64,000 nt of DNA, taken from a virus. The notes below the pieces were generated by a model, which did not search any database, was not told the origin of the DNA, and saw only the letters and a list, made by a program, of their open reading frames with translations. The stretch is taken from positions 64,001 to 128,000 of the IMG/VR virus record IMGVR_UViG_3300017917_002814. The stretch is one strand, 5' to 3'. Position numbers and translations under genes: made by a program. Shown in pieces: positions 18,126 to 27,659 of this stretch (positions are counted from its first letter, which is position 1; each line of letters starts with the position of its first letter).

Positions 18126-18827
18126 TTATTCTTTCTTATCTCCAAACAATTGAAGCAGGCTCAAGAATAGATTTATAAAGTCTAAATAGAGAGTCAATGC
18201 ACCCATAACTTCAACCGCCGGTCCATCACTTTCCATCAATTGTTCTCTAATCTTTTGAGTATCATATGCTGTTAGACCTAAAAAGATAACTACAGCCGCA
18301 GCACTTATTACTGTTTGAAGCAGAGATGATCCGATAAAGATATTTACTATACTTGTAATAATAATAGCTATTAGTGCCACAAATAGATATTTCCCCAACG
18401 AGTCTAAACTTTGTTTTGTGAAATAGCCGTAAATACTCATGGTCAAAAAAAGTATCGCAGCACCAAAGAATGCACTAGCAATACTGGCACTGGTGTAAAG
18501 TACAAAGATAGTGGCAAAACTTAGTCCCATTAGTGCAGCGAAACCAAACAGACAGGCCTTGGCTACAAATTTTGAAGGGCTATTGCCGAGTACATATCCT
18601 ACACCAAATATTGCTGCCAACGGTGCAAATATTACGACCCATTTCATAATGCCAGTAAAAAAGAATGCCATAAGTGCAGCATCTGAGGCTACCAAGGCAC
18701 TCACAATCATACTTACTATAACTGCTTGTGCCATATTATTGTATACACGAATCATACCGCTGTTAATTTCAGCAGGTGTTCTATAGGGTAATGCGTAATC
18801 CATTGTAGTCTCCTTATCTAGGTGCAA
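18126..18827 (-). CDS. Bax inhibitor-1/YccA family membrane protein
   Basis: About 7 TM helices, TAYDTQKI, ALTLYLDFINLFL. Confidence 0.9.
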   Translation of the reverse strand: MHLDKETTMDYALPYRTPAEINSGMIRVYNNMAQAVIVSMIVSALVASDAALMAFFFTGIMKWVVIFAPLAAIFGVGYVLGNSPSKFVAKACLFGFAALMGLSFATIFVLYTSASIASAFFGAAILFLTMSIYGYFTKQSLDSLGKYLFVALIAIIITSIVNIFIGSSLLQTVISAAAVVIFLGLTAYDTQKIREQLMESDGPAVEVMGALTLYLDFINLFLSLLQLFGDKKE

Positions 18828-19509
18828 ACTCTTGTTGCAATTTTACGTTGTCAAAAAACTCTTTCTTGGTTGCCGGGTCAGCTTTAAACGCTCCTTTTAA
18901 CACGGTAGTCTGGGTGAGACTACTGTGTGCCATAATGCCCCTATTCTCGCAGCATCCATGTGTGGCCTGTATATAAACCGCCACATCTCTACTTCCAGTC
19001 GCAAACTCAATCTCCCTTGCAATGTCCATACAAAGCTCTTCCTGTAGTGTACCTCTCCTTGCACACCACTGAGCGATTCTTGTATACTTACTAAGGCCGA
19101 TGAGTTTGGGACCAGCAATGATGCCAATGTACGCCACGCCTGATACAGGTTGGTGATGATGACTGCAAACACTTTTAAGTTCTGAACGGACCACAAGCAT
19201 CCCTTCGTACTTACCGTCTGCATCATTCGGAAACGCAGTTGCGTTTGGTGTCGGATCATATCTACCTGCCATTAGTTCATTATAATACATTTTGGCAAGA
19301 CGCCTCGCTGTGCCAATACTATTAGGATCTGTTGCTCTATCAATCAACAATGTGTCTAGTACTTGTTCAAACGCCTCAGTGGCTTCGTCGATCAATTGAT
19401 CTTTGTCCTCATCCGTTACATAACTGCTGATGTTGTCACCGGCCCAGTATCTTTTGCCGTCGGCATGCATTTGCTCTCGAATTCTATCGCTTACTCGTGT
19501 GTATTTCAT
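18814..19509 (-). CDS. folE: GTP cyclohydrolase I
   Basis: SVCSHH, IGLSKYTRI, LQEEL, ATHGCCENRG. Confidence 0.93.
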   Translation of the reverse strand: MKYTRVSDRIREQMHADGKRYWAGDNISSYVTDEDKDQLIDEATEAFEQVLDTLLIDRATDPNSIGTARRLAKMYYNELMAGRYDPTPNATAFPNDADGKYEGMLVVRSELKSVCSHHHQPVSGVAYIGIIAGPKLIGLSKYTRIAQWCARRGTLQEELCMDIAREIEFATGSRDVAVYIQATHGCCENRGIMAHSSLTQTTVLKGAFKADPATKKEFFDNVKLQQEFAPR

Positions 19510-20121
19510 TCAATCTCCAATAATTGTAATATCTCTAAGATCTGGATATTCGTGATATTTAGGCGGTTCGTTTACTGAATACAATTTTTCCAAACCATGT
19601 CTTGCATCTTCAATAGTGGGGCGATAATGGTAACCAATCTTGAAAACACGCTGTTCCTGCCACGGTTGAACCGCAAGGTCTCGACCATCATATCTCTGCT
19701 GTAATAAAAAGCCATATGCTTCCTTGTCATCTAATAGTATAGCACCACCGTGACCTATTTGTAAAGGCTTGTTATGACCAAAACTTAAACATTGCATCAT
19801 GCCCGGTCTATACATTCCCGTTTCTAATCTACGGGCACTATCCCAAATATCTGTCCCGTAAAATCTATACTCACCTGTCCATTTTTCTGGCACTAGTTCG
19901 TATTCTATACCCAACTTGTGCATGGTCATAGGAATAGATAGATAGGTATATGCGGTAAATTTAGTTCGTTTGACTTTCTTATATCTCAAACACATTTCAA
20001 TAGCATGAGTACAACAGTCGGTCATTACAGCATACGGTGCGCCAGTTTTTTTGGCCAATAACTTCTCAAATTGAGCTATTTCTTCAAACGCCACGTGTGT
20101 ACCATTTATAAGCACTATCAA
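19510..20121 (-). CDS. short DegT/DnrJ-like PLP-dependent aminotransferase (likely GTG start near 20094)
   Basis: FEKLLA...AV.TDCCTHAIE, DSA, LSFGHNKPL..GHGGAIL; C-terminal domain missing. Confidence 0.7.
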   Translation of the reverse strand: MIVLINGTHVAFEEIAQFEKLLAKKTGAPYAVMTDCCTHAIEMCLRYKKVKRTKFTAYTYLSIPMTMHKLGIEYELVPEKWTGEYRFYGTDIWDSARRLETGMYRPGMMQCLSFGHNKPLQIGHGGAILLDDKEAYGFLLQQRYDGRDLAVQPWQEQRVFKIGYHYRPTIEDARHGLEKLYSVNEPPKYHEYPDLRDITIIGD

Positions 20122-21058
20122 CGATTTGATCTAGGGTTGAATACTTTGGTTTCCATCTAAGCAAAGTATAAGCAATATCTGCATTTGCCACTAGTTTGTC
20201 TGGGTCACCGGGTCTACGCGGACCAATTTTGACGTCTACACCACCATAATTTAAAGAAATATAATCTATAATCTCCTTATTACTAATGCCGTGTTGAGTC
20301 CCAAGATTCATAATTGCTGCATAGGTTTTATCTTGATTTGCCATCCAATCAATTGCACGTATGTGTGCATCGGCTAAATCCCAAACATGAACATAGTCTC
20401 TAACACAAGTGCCATCGGGGGTATTGTAATCTTTACCGTTCAATGTAAAAATTTTTCCTGCTAGTTTTGCTTCGAATATTCTGGCAATAATATGACTTGC
20501 TCCTGGCGCTTGTCCTAAGTCGTAGTCAAAAGGTTCAGCACCGGCTGCATTAAAATATCTGAAACATACACTAGGTATGCCGTATGCAGTATGATAATCT
20601 GATAACATACGTTCAGTTATATATTTACTTGTGCCATATGGACTAATTGGCATTTTGGGATCAGTTTCGTAGACAGGAATATTTACAGGATTACCGTACA
20701 CACTTGCACTAGAACTAAACAGCACAAGTGGTTTCTTTTTGAGATCTTTGAGACAATTTAATAATAGGACTGTTTTGGCTACATTGTTGTTATAATACTT
20801 GGCAGGATCTGCTACACTTTCACCTACAAGGGTATCTCCACCACAATGCACCACTACGTCAGGCTCAAGGTCTTGAATCCATAGCAGCGACTCTTTGCTG
20901 GAATAATCGCTGTGTAAAAAACCTTCAATATTTTTAAGAGTATGATTTCTACGTTCGCGGTCAATTACATAGATATTGTTTTTTGGATCATGTTGCTTTA
21001 AGGCTCGCGCGATATGGCTACCAATATAGCCACACCCTCCGGTTATAACAACTTTCAT
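20084..21058 (-). CDS. galE: UDP-glucose 4-epimerase
   Basis: TGGCGYIGSH, FSSSASVYG, YGTSK, RYFNAAGA, DGTCVRDYVHVWDLA. Confidence 0.9.
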   Translation of the reverse strand: MKVVITGGCGYIGSHIARALKQHDPKNNIYVIDRERRNHTLKNIEGFLHSDYSSKESLLWIQDLEPDVVVHCGGDTLVGESVADPAKYYNNNVAKTVLLLNCLKDLKKKPLVLFSSSASVYGNPVNIPVYETDPKMPISPYGTSKYITERMLSDYHTAYGIPSVCFRYFNAAGAEPFDYDLGQAPGASHIIARIFEAKLAGKIFTLNGKDYNTPDGTCVRDYVHVWDLADAHIRAIDWMANQDKTYAAIMNLGTQHGISNKEIIDYISLNYGGVDVKIGPRRPGDPDKLVANADIAYTLLRWKPKYSTLDQIVDSAYKWYTRGV

Positions 21059-21774
21059 ATATATTTTTTTTCTTTAAGAAAAGGGATAATTATTTTGTCT
21101 ACAAACAATTTATGTTGTTCTGAAGTAGGATGAAAAGGGTCATCATCGGCAAAAGATAAATTAGAAAAGTCTCGCGCCCATTCATGTTCCCCTTTGACAG
21201 GCAAAAAATTTGATTTATCAATCAAATCATGCAAATGTGTTACATCCGCTTCTTGAGTGATACCATTATTAAAAAGATCCTCAGTTATATTACTCATAAA
21301 AAAAGGAACACGATTTAGATGTAAAAACCATTGTGTCCTAAGGATGTGTTCATAAGTGTATATCAAAGATCCAATATTGTCGTGAAATGTAGTATAGTAT
21401 AATTTACTTAGACTGTTTTTCCAACCCCAATGGAGTAAATTCCAAGATTTACTGGTTCCAGGAATAAAATGAGTAGGATTTTGTCGCCAACCATCGGAGT
21501 TTTCGGGCGTGAGTTCATCTCTAGAATAAAACTCTGATCTGTCTCTATTAGACCACATTATTCCCACTAAAATTTCATCAGGCTTATAATTTTTTAGTGC
21601 TTGAGAAACTTCGTAAATGACTTTTCTTGAAATAAGTCCATTTCCTGAACTGCCTAATCCTAATTCTTTTTTTAGAACATTTGGAAAATGATTGGCCAGA
21701 TGGACTGGCCAAGTTTGATCCCATGCTGTATCAGTAAAACTGCAACCACTAGTGATTAAAATTTTAGTTGTCAT
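21055..21774 (-). CDS. SGNH/GDSL-like hypothetical protein
   Basis: SGCSFT, GSSGNGLI, FHPTSEQH. Confidence 0.55.
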   Translation of the reverse strand: MTTKILITSGCSFTDTAWDQTWPVHLANHFPNVLKKELGLGSSGNGLISRKVIYEVSQALKNYKPDEILVGIMWSNRDRSEFYSRDELTPENSDGWRQNPTHFIPGTSKSWNLLHWGWKNSLSKLYYTTFHDNIGSLIYTYEHILRTQWFLHLNRVPFFMSNITEDLFNNGITQEADVTHLHDLIDKSNFLPVKGEHEWARDFSNLSFADDDPFHPTSEQHKLFVDKIIIPFLKEKKYI

Positions 21775-22967
21775 TTATACTTGTTTTCATGAGTATGACG
21801 TCTATAATCTATGCTCATACGCAACCACTGTTCGCCTTTGCCTTCGATTATGTCACAGATACGATCAATGGTACCATCATTCCACGCACTAAATTTACCC
21901 ATGTTTGCATGCGGGCGCTGGAGGAGGGGGATAAGTTTTTGTGTAGCATCTCTGAGCGACCACGGCACATAAAGTCGTTCATGATCATTTGCAAAAGCTT
22001 CGGGAAAGCTGCGGTATGCGGGGTATAAGATATTAGCCCCAAGAGCGTCCGCCTCGCTGGCAGTATTTGACACCCAATCCTGAAGAGCACAATTAAAAAG
22101 TACTCGCGTGTCGTTGAGTAGAGCGTAGTAATCATTCTTTTCAAGATCTTCATATACTGTCAGTTTACCTTCTGCTTGTAGTCTGCGTGTTCGTTCCATA
22201 TACGAACTATTATTACTACGCAACTTGCTGCCGCTGAATACACAGAACTCTACCTGAGGCCAATCGTTGTATGGCAGTGCTTGCAGTCTATGATATTCTT
22301 CAATAAGGTCCATGTAGAAGTCGGGCTGCTTCTCTTGATCCCATCTAGCAGCAAAGCCTACGCGGCAAGCTCGGTCTTCAAACCGTTTAAGTTCACCGGG
22401 CACACGACTGCGTACTTCGTCTTTACCAAACGCAAGACCGCTGATATTGTATATTGGAGCTTTCCAGCCTGCCACCTTCATGTGCATGACCATTTCTTCA
22501 TTGGTAGCAAGAATAATATCTGCAAATGAATCTACCATCTTTTCATAATGCCCCATCCATTCCTGCATGCCCCAGACATGAACAAAGTCGTCTGGGTCAA
22601 TAGTTTGTGCAAGACAACGAACGGCAATGCGAGGGCGCATGTTAGTAGGCACTTGATCAAGAATGTAAGGTAAGCTCTCGATGCCGGGTTGAAACATGTC
22701 TTCAAAGTAGATAACATCTTCATTGTTAATTTCTCCTTGTTGCATCATGCGTACAAGATTCATCAATTGGCTCATGCCAAAGTAGGTACGACCGTGTGCA
22801 TCAAGCACTTGCCCAACACTGATCTTTTGACTGTTGTCAAGATTCAGTCCTGGCACAATCCGATAATCAATACCACGACGTTCAAACACAGCACGATTCC
22901 ACTCTTGCAGTTGTAGAGTGTAACGTGCTTTATAAGGCTCTAGACCCATATACCATAACTTACGCAT
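21771..22967 (-). CDS. GT-B fold glycosyltransferase (start reassigned to MRKLWYMGLE)
   Basis: GFAARWDQEKQP, YYALL...VLFNCALQDWVSNTASEADALG...YP.YRSFPE resemble the GT4/phage DNA glucosyltransferase C-domain. Confidence 0.7.
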   Translation of the reverse strand: MRKLWYMGLEPYKARYTLQLQEWNRAVFERRGIDYRIVPGLNLDNSQKISVGQVLDAHGRTYFGMSQLMNLVRMMQQGEINNEDVIYFEDMFQPGIESLPYILDQVPTNMRPRIAVRCLAQTIDPDDFVHVWGMQEWMGHYEKMVDSFADIILATNEEMVMHMKVAGWKAPIYNISGLAFGKDEVRSRVPGELKRFEDRACRVGFAARWDQEKQPDFYMDLIEEYHRLQALPYNDWPQVEFCVFSGSKLRSNNSSYMERTRRLQAEGKLTVYEDLEKNDYYALLNDTRVLFNCALQDWVSNTASEADALGANILYPAYRSFPEAFANDHERLYVPWSLRDATQKLIPLLQRPHANMGKFSAWNDGTIDRICDIIEGKGEQWLRMSIDYRRHTHENKYK

Positions 22968-23452
22968 TACTTTTCTCCTGTATCTGTAGCGACCTTGATA
23001 TTTAGACCGCGTAGTGAACTGGCAGGAATTTCTGCGTTTGATGCTTTCTGAGCGATCACACTGTTCCAATAGTCCTTTGGATCAATGCCCATTCCAGCAG
23101 TAGTATCTGCATATTTGAGATTGTAATCTTGCGCTCGATATCCTGGACCAGTAGGTTGTTGCATTTGATTATATGTAATAGACTGTTTTATTTTTTCAAT
23201 CTCTTGTTCTAGTCGTCGGAAGTATTGCCACTGTTCGCGCACATCTTCTTGCATTCTACGCAGCGGGCCGTGTTTCTTGACTCTTTGTTCACCTTCGTGG
23301 TCGTCGTTATCAGTCAATATGACCATCATCATGAGTTGGCGCAGGGCATTCTTGACTCTAGGATCATCACTAGTCAAGGCTTGGTCAAACATTTCAACAA
23401 AGCGTTCTAGATCGTAGTCGGCTGTGTCTTTTTCTCGCATGGCGCCGCTCAT
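22967..23452 (-). CDS. hypothetical protein
   Basis: 161-aa coupled ORF. Confidence 0.6.
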   Translation of the reverse strand: MSGAMREKDTADYDLERFVEMFDQALTSDDPRVKNALRQLMMMVILTDNDDHEGEQRVKKHGPLRRMQEDVREQWQYFRRLEQEIEKIKQSITYNQMQQPTGPGYRAQDYNLKYADTTAGMGIDPKDYWNSVIAQKASNAEIPASSLRGLNIKVATDTGEK

Positions 23453-23670
23453 TGACTGCGTTCCTTTTTAGCGTACCAATTCATTTTTGGCCATTTACCG
23501 CGTTGTGCCCGATCGAATTCGCCCCACGGAGTCTGTTGATTGTACAAATGTCGTTCATCATATGGATATCCATAAGTTACACAAAATTCACGATATCGAT
23601 CGAGGTCGTCAAAAATTTGACTGACTTCGGGTTTCATAGTCAGGTACTTCTTGAGCCATTTAGCGGCCAT
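23449..23670 (-). CDS. hypothetical protein
   Basis: 73 aa, AGGAG SD. Confidence 0.65.
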   Translation of the reverse strand: MAAKWLKKYLTMKPEVSQIFDDLDRYREFCVTYGYPYDERHLYNQQTPWGEFDRAQRGKWPKMNWYAKKERSQ

Positions 23671-23680
23671 TTTAATCTCC

Positions 23681-24130
23681 TTAGATTTTGATTGATAGAG
23701 AAGGTTGATGTGTGTTGTAAGTTATTGTACAGCCATTTTCGCCGTCCTCACTTACACTTATTGTAACATTACGTCCGGGATATCTGTTTGCAATTTGGAC
23801 ATATAGATCGTCCGCAATCATTTCACAGCTTTTGTGATCGAGTTGCAGTGTGGCTTGGTTGCCCGAATACAGTTGTTCAATCCATCGTTTGAACTGTATG
23901 AATTCGATGTCTCTGTCATTGTGATAGACATCAATGCTAATCCTAAAATGAAATATGTGCCGATGAGGATAGCCAAGGAACGATACGTCATAATAATCTC
24001 CGGTCGCAAGTAGTGGATCGGTAAGTGCTGCTGGATATTGATGTATGCCTTCTTTGGTGAAAGTAACCCAAATTTGTCTTTGGGCTTGATGTTTGATTCT
24101 TTCTACTGTTTCTCTTTGTTCTAAGTTCAT
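23681..24130 (-). CDS. dpdL: QueD-paralog T-fold protein, probable CDG decarboxylase (DpdL-like)
   Basis: LGYPHRHIF fits the LxxxHRHxF signature; DRDIEFI, KSCEMIA, VSEDGENG; lies near dpdA. Confidence 0.7.
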   Translation of the reverse strand: MNLEQRETVERIKHQAQRQIWVTFTKEGIHQYPAALTDPLLATGDYYDVSFLGYPHRHIFHFRISIDVYHNDRDIEFIQFKRWIEQLYSGNQATLQLDHKSCEMIADDLYVQIANRYPGRNVTISVSEDGENGCTITYNTHQPSLSIKI

Positions 24131-24723
24131 AATGAATGTAGGTTATTTAAAGTAACTTCTTTAGTATAAATTCCGTTATTCAATAAGTCAATTATTTTAA
24201 TTACCAAGTCGGCTGTGTCCATTGCATTTTGCAGTATAAATTTTGAATATAAGTTTCCGTCTAAAGTAGTTATAAAGTTAGTGTCTAGCAGTGCAGGATT
24301 TATCTGTATGACTTTAAGAAATGGATCAATTGTTCTGTTTTCATTTATTATATTTCTTTGTTTTCTTTTTTCAACAAGATATTCTTTTTCTTTGGTGTTA
24401 AAATCTTTGAAAAACGTTTCTGGTTCATCTAGTAAAAAACTTCCAATATTTACAATCAATTTTGATGAATTGCCTCTCCAACTCTTTAGAAAATATTTGA
24501 GTAATTCTGTTTGTCCAAAATTATCATATGCGTTATTTATAAACACGTCTGAATTTTTGTTATTCCATACTATTTTTGCAATAGAAGGAATTTGCCCTAT
24601 ATCGTAACCATCAATTATATCAAAACCTACTACATCTGTGCAAATGTTTTTATAATAGTATTTTAATTTTAAAAACAACGCTTCGCCTAACCCAGACCTA
24701 TGACCAGTAATGACAAATTTCAT
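24127..24723 (-). CDS. short-chain dehydrogenase/reductase-like protein
   Basis: ITGHRSGLG, DVFINNAY, IVNIGS, Y...K; AT-rich. Confidence 0.7.
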   Translation of the reverse strand: MKFVITGHRSGLGEALFLKLKYYYKNICTDVVGFDIIDGYDIGQIPSIAKIVWNNKNSDVFINNAYDNFGQTELLKYFLKSWRGNSSKLIVNIGSFLLDEPETFFKDFNTKEKEYLVEKRKQRNIINENRTIDPFLKVIQINPALLDTNFITTLDGNLYSKFILQNAMDTADLVIKIIDLLNNGIYTKEVTLNNLHSL

Positions 24724-25250
24724 TTAACTATCTCATCTTTGGTATATTGAGACCAATCGGTAAAAGTTGAACGGTTCATTAGTTTATGAACACTATGACA
24801 CCACACACCTGGGTTTGAATGAGCAAAGTTTGTGTCATCTAGTTTAATTGTAGCATTATACCCTAGTTGTTGTAAATAGGGCAATTTAACCGATATCATT
24901 GGAATAAATTTATGATATTCTACAAACGGAGTTTCGAGCAATCCTTCTACTTCTTGGACGTCAATATCTAAAGTACACCAGTATCCTCGACCTATAAAAG
25001 GCATAATCATGTTTTCCCAACGAATCCAGTCTTGACTGGTTGCCCTACCTGTTGGAAAACTTTGATTAGCACCAAAATAGATATGTTCTATTCGACGATC
25101 CACTGATGTGTAAGGATCGTCAAGTATCTTTTCAATATCTTCAGTAGATTGAACACCTATTACAAATAGAGTTTTCATTCCAAATGCGGGACTATGTTCC
25201 ACTTCTGTACCTATAAACATAGCTGCATTATTATGTCCGGGTCTATCCAT
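24720..25250 (-). CDS. hypothetical protein of the deazaguanine cluster
   Basis: 176 aa (FIGTEVEH, HIYFGANQSF, KLDD..F...NPGVW); sits between dpdA and dpdL. Confidence 0.7.
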   Translation of the reverse strand: MDRPGHNNAAMFIGTEVEHSPAFGMKTLFVIGVQSTEDIEKILDDPYTSVDRRIEHIYFGANQSFPTGRATSQDWIRWENMIMPFIGRGYWCTLDIDVQEVEGLLETPFVEYHKFIPMISVKLPYLQQLGYNATIKLDDTNFAHSNPGVWCHSVHKLMNRSTFTDWSQYTKDEIVK

Positions 25251-25462
25251 TAGTTATCACCATATCCAATTCGTTGAGTATCTTCTTCCCATTGTAATTT
25301 ATGTAGTCTACTAATTTCGTCCTTTAATCGCAACTTCTTTTTTTTCAATTCAGCAAGATGTTCAACATCTACACCGGGGTGATTAGTTTGCATTTCATTT
25401 ATTTGTTTGTCAAGCAGTTTGTGCATTTCTTCTAAATGCTGTATACGACTTTTATAGCTCAT
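25250..25462 (-). CDS. YdcH/DUF465-like small coiled-coil protein
   Basis: MSYKSRIQHLEEMHKLLDKQI...LKKKKLRLKDEI. Confidence 0.65.
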   Translation of the reverse strand: MSYKSRIQHLEEMHKLLDKQINEMQTNHPGVDVEHLAELKKKKLRLKDEISRLHKLQWEEDTQRIGYGDN

Positions 25463-27032
25463 GCGGCTCCTCCAAATGTGATTGCATAATGTTTTCAGCT
25501 TCTTCTTCTTCAGACATTTCTTCATCTGTAGAATCTTCTACGGTTTCAAAAAGAACATTAAACATGGTATTACTGTTTTTAGTTTTTTTACCTTTGAATC
25601 CTCTAGTGCCAATAATATTCATCCAATAACTATCATAGTGATCTATTATATCATTAGCAGTTTGCTGATCTGGTGCGGCAAATATGGCTTCTACTATATC
25701 TTCAAATTTGGCATGATCTCCTTGACGATTCCATAACATAGCAGGACGTTCTCCAGAATCAAATTTTCTATTGGCTCTTTGTACACTCTCAATGTGCATC
25801 CAAACATTGTGCCCCATCATTATTGCATAGCTAAAACTATCCCAACTGGTTTTACCTTCTTTACCATTTTTGTTTAGATCGCCGGGTTTATATATACAAA
25901 CATCTTTAATCAATAAATGTTGACTTATAGGACTGTCTTCAAAATTTTCGAATATGGCATCTTGCAACACTGCGTCTCTGAACAATCTAGTATCAGTGGC
26001 ATATTTCTTATCATCGGCGCTTGGAGACATTCGATAAGACCATTTACTATCGTGCGGTAAATCAATTGAATGATACATTTGCCCATTGGCTGTAGCAAGA
26101 AATGGGCTTGCACAATCAAAACTAATTGTAAAATTAGGATTCACGTATTTTCTTACGGCTCGTTGAATTACAGTAAGTAACACAGCCCATTCTAGCTTAC
26201 TGGTGCCCAAAAAGTGCATCCAGTCATGAATACCCTCCTGGAGCAAGTTATCATATTTTAACGCAATTAGTCTTTTAAGGACAAGATGAATGTCACACAT
26301 GTTTTGACCACCCATTGCCCATCCGTCAAAGTGTGTATCTGGATATTTGTTTGGATCGCAGAACTCTTTCATTTCTTGATACCATGCTTCTGCACTAGTG
26401 TGATTATCACCTTGCAGCACATTTAAAAACTTGGCGCCACCGTTGTTTTTTCCTTGACGATGCTGCATGAAATATAAGTTATTAAACTTTGTAGCATCTA
26501 CGGCTTCTTCAAGTGTAGTGATACCACAAGCCTTACTGGCTTTCTTATCGTGAATGACCCATGTTGGAATATCAAGAATCATGCCATAATCAGCAATACC
26601 ATCTAACCATTTTAACACAGCTGAACGTTTTTTTTCGGCCTTGGCACAACCTGAGTTGGCTTTCCAATCGCCTTCCCATAAGCCTTTGGCAATTTGGAAT
26701 CCTCCTGAATCACCTAACATAAAGGTTCCTGGCTCTCTTTTACGAACCATATCCTCGCTAGGATCATCTTTGGCAAGATCTAGATTCGCATGTCCTCCTG
26801 AGTAGAGGCTCCATCGGTAAGGGAATAGTCCTTGTTGACTGTTTAGCCAATTGAATTGTTCCATATCTTGTAATGCCTGTGGCATACGAGCAGGATCAAC
26901 ATAATCATTATTGACACGTTGTTTCCCTATAAAAGTTGCATAGAAGCCGGATATAGCTGGTAAGAATACTGCATAATCAGACTGTTTTGATGTTAAATTA
27001 TCTTGGGCCATATGTAATCTTTGATATAGCAA
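25452..27032 (-). CDS. dpdA: tRNA-guanine-transglycosylase-like deazaguanine DNA insertion enzyme (DpdA family)
   Basis: LGDSGGFQI (TGT DSGG), MILDIP, LNVLQG, GWAMGG, HFLG, ISFDCASP; clustered with folE/queD/queE. Confidence 0.8.
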   Translation of the reverse strand: MLYQRLHMAQDNLTSKQSDYAVFLPAISGFYATFIGKQRVNNDYVDPARMPQALQDMEQFNWLNSQQGLFPYRWSLYSGGHANLDLAKDDPSEDMVRKREPGTFMLGDSGGFQIAKGLWEGDWKANSGCAKAEKKRSAVLKWLDGIADYGMILDIPTWVIHDKKASKACGITTLEEAVDATKFNNLYFMQHRQGKNNGGAKFLNVLQGDNHTSAEAWYQEMKEFCDPNKYPDTHFDGWAMGGQNMCDIHLVLKRLIALKYDNLLQEGIHDWMHFLGTSKLEWAVLLTVIQRAVRKYVNPNFTISFDCASPFLATANGQMYHSIDLPHDSKWSYRMSPSADDKKYATDTRLFRDAVLQDAIFENFEDSPISQHLLIKDVCIYKPGDLNKNGKEGKTSWDSFSYAIMMGHNVWMHIESVQRANRKFDSGERPAMLWNRQGDHAKFEDIVEAIFAAPDQQTANDIIDHYDSYWMNIIGTRGFKGKKTKNSNTMFNVLFETVEDSTDEEMSEEEEAENIMQSHLEEPHEL

Positions 27033-27035
27033 TTA

Positions 27036-27659
27036 TTATCTTGGGTCGTTATAAAATTCAACACTGTTGATAAAGTCGTAATCTATTTTATAGCAATCAA
27101 TAATTTTTGCCTTTAAATCTGGAAATTCAATAAGTTGTTTTTTTATATACTTAGATATTTGATTGGTATCGTAGTTATTTTCGGAAATGTTGTTTTCCAC
27201 TTTTACAGTTGTATTTAGATCGAATCCTAAAAAAGAATTTATTTGTTGAACCAACTTGTTGTTATATCTAAAAAAAATAGGATTATAATTTTCAATCTGA
27301 GTTAGATATTTTACTTGATAATCAGTGTGATCATCAAAAATTATTTTATCGAATATAATCTTTCTAGTTAGATCATTGAAATCTTCTACAAAATGATCGC
27401 TTCCGTATCCATAGCTACACAAATGAAGCGTAGCATAGGTAGCAAATCCACTTATCCATCTATCAAGAGGATCTCTAATAAATGCAAAACTTGACTTTAT
27501 GGATTTGTTGTTATCTAATATATTCCAGTGCATCCAGCTATTTTCTTTTAGAATGTTAGTCAGAAACGTACTGGCATTTTTTGGAATATTGAGATAAAAA
27601 ATATCTTGGTTAGGGGAAAGCATCCCGCCACCAGGCATGTATCCTTTATCTTTTGTCAC
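27036..27659 (-). CDS. sulfotransferase family 2-like protein
   Basis: YLNIPKNAST (5'-PSB), FIRDPLDRWISG (3'-PB), DDHT..Q, Y..D. Confidence 0.7.
   Translation of the reverse strand: MTKDKGYMPGGGMLSPNQDIFYLNIPKNASTFLTNILKENSWMHWNILDNNKSIKSSFAFIRDPLDRWISGFATYATLHLCSYGYGSDHFVEDFNDLTRKIIFDKIIFDDHTDYQVKYLTQIENYNPIFFRYNNKLVQQINSFLGFDLNTTVKVENNISENNYDTNQISKYIKKQLIEFPDLKAKIIDCYKIDYDFINSVEFYNDPR

Noticed and set aside
25452-27032. Canonical tRNA-modifying Tgt for queuosine
   Set aside because: It is much longer and divergent, lacks the CxCxxC zinc motif of bacterial Tgt, and no queA/queF/queG is present; a DpdA role fits better
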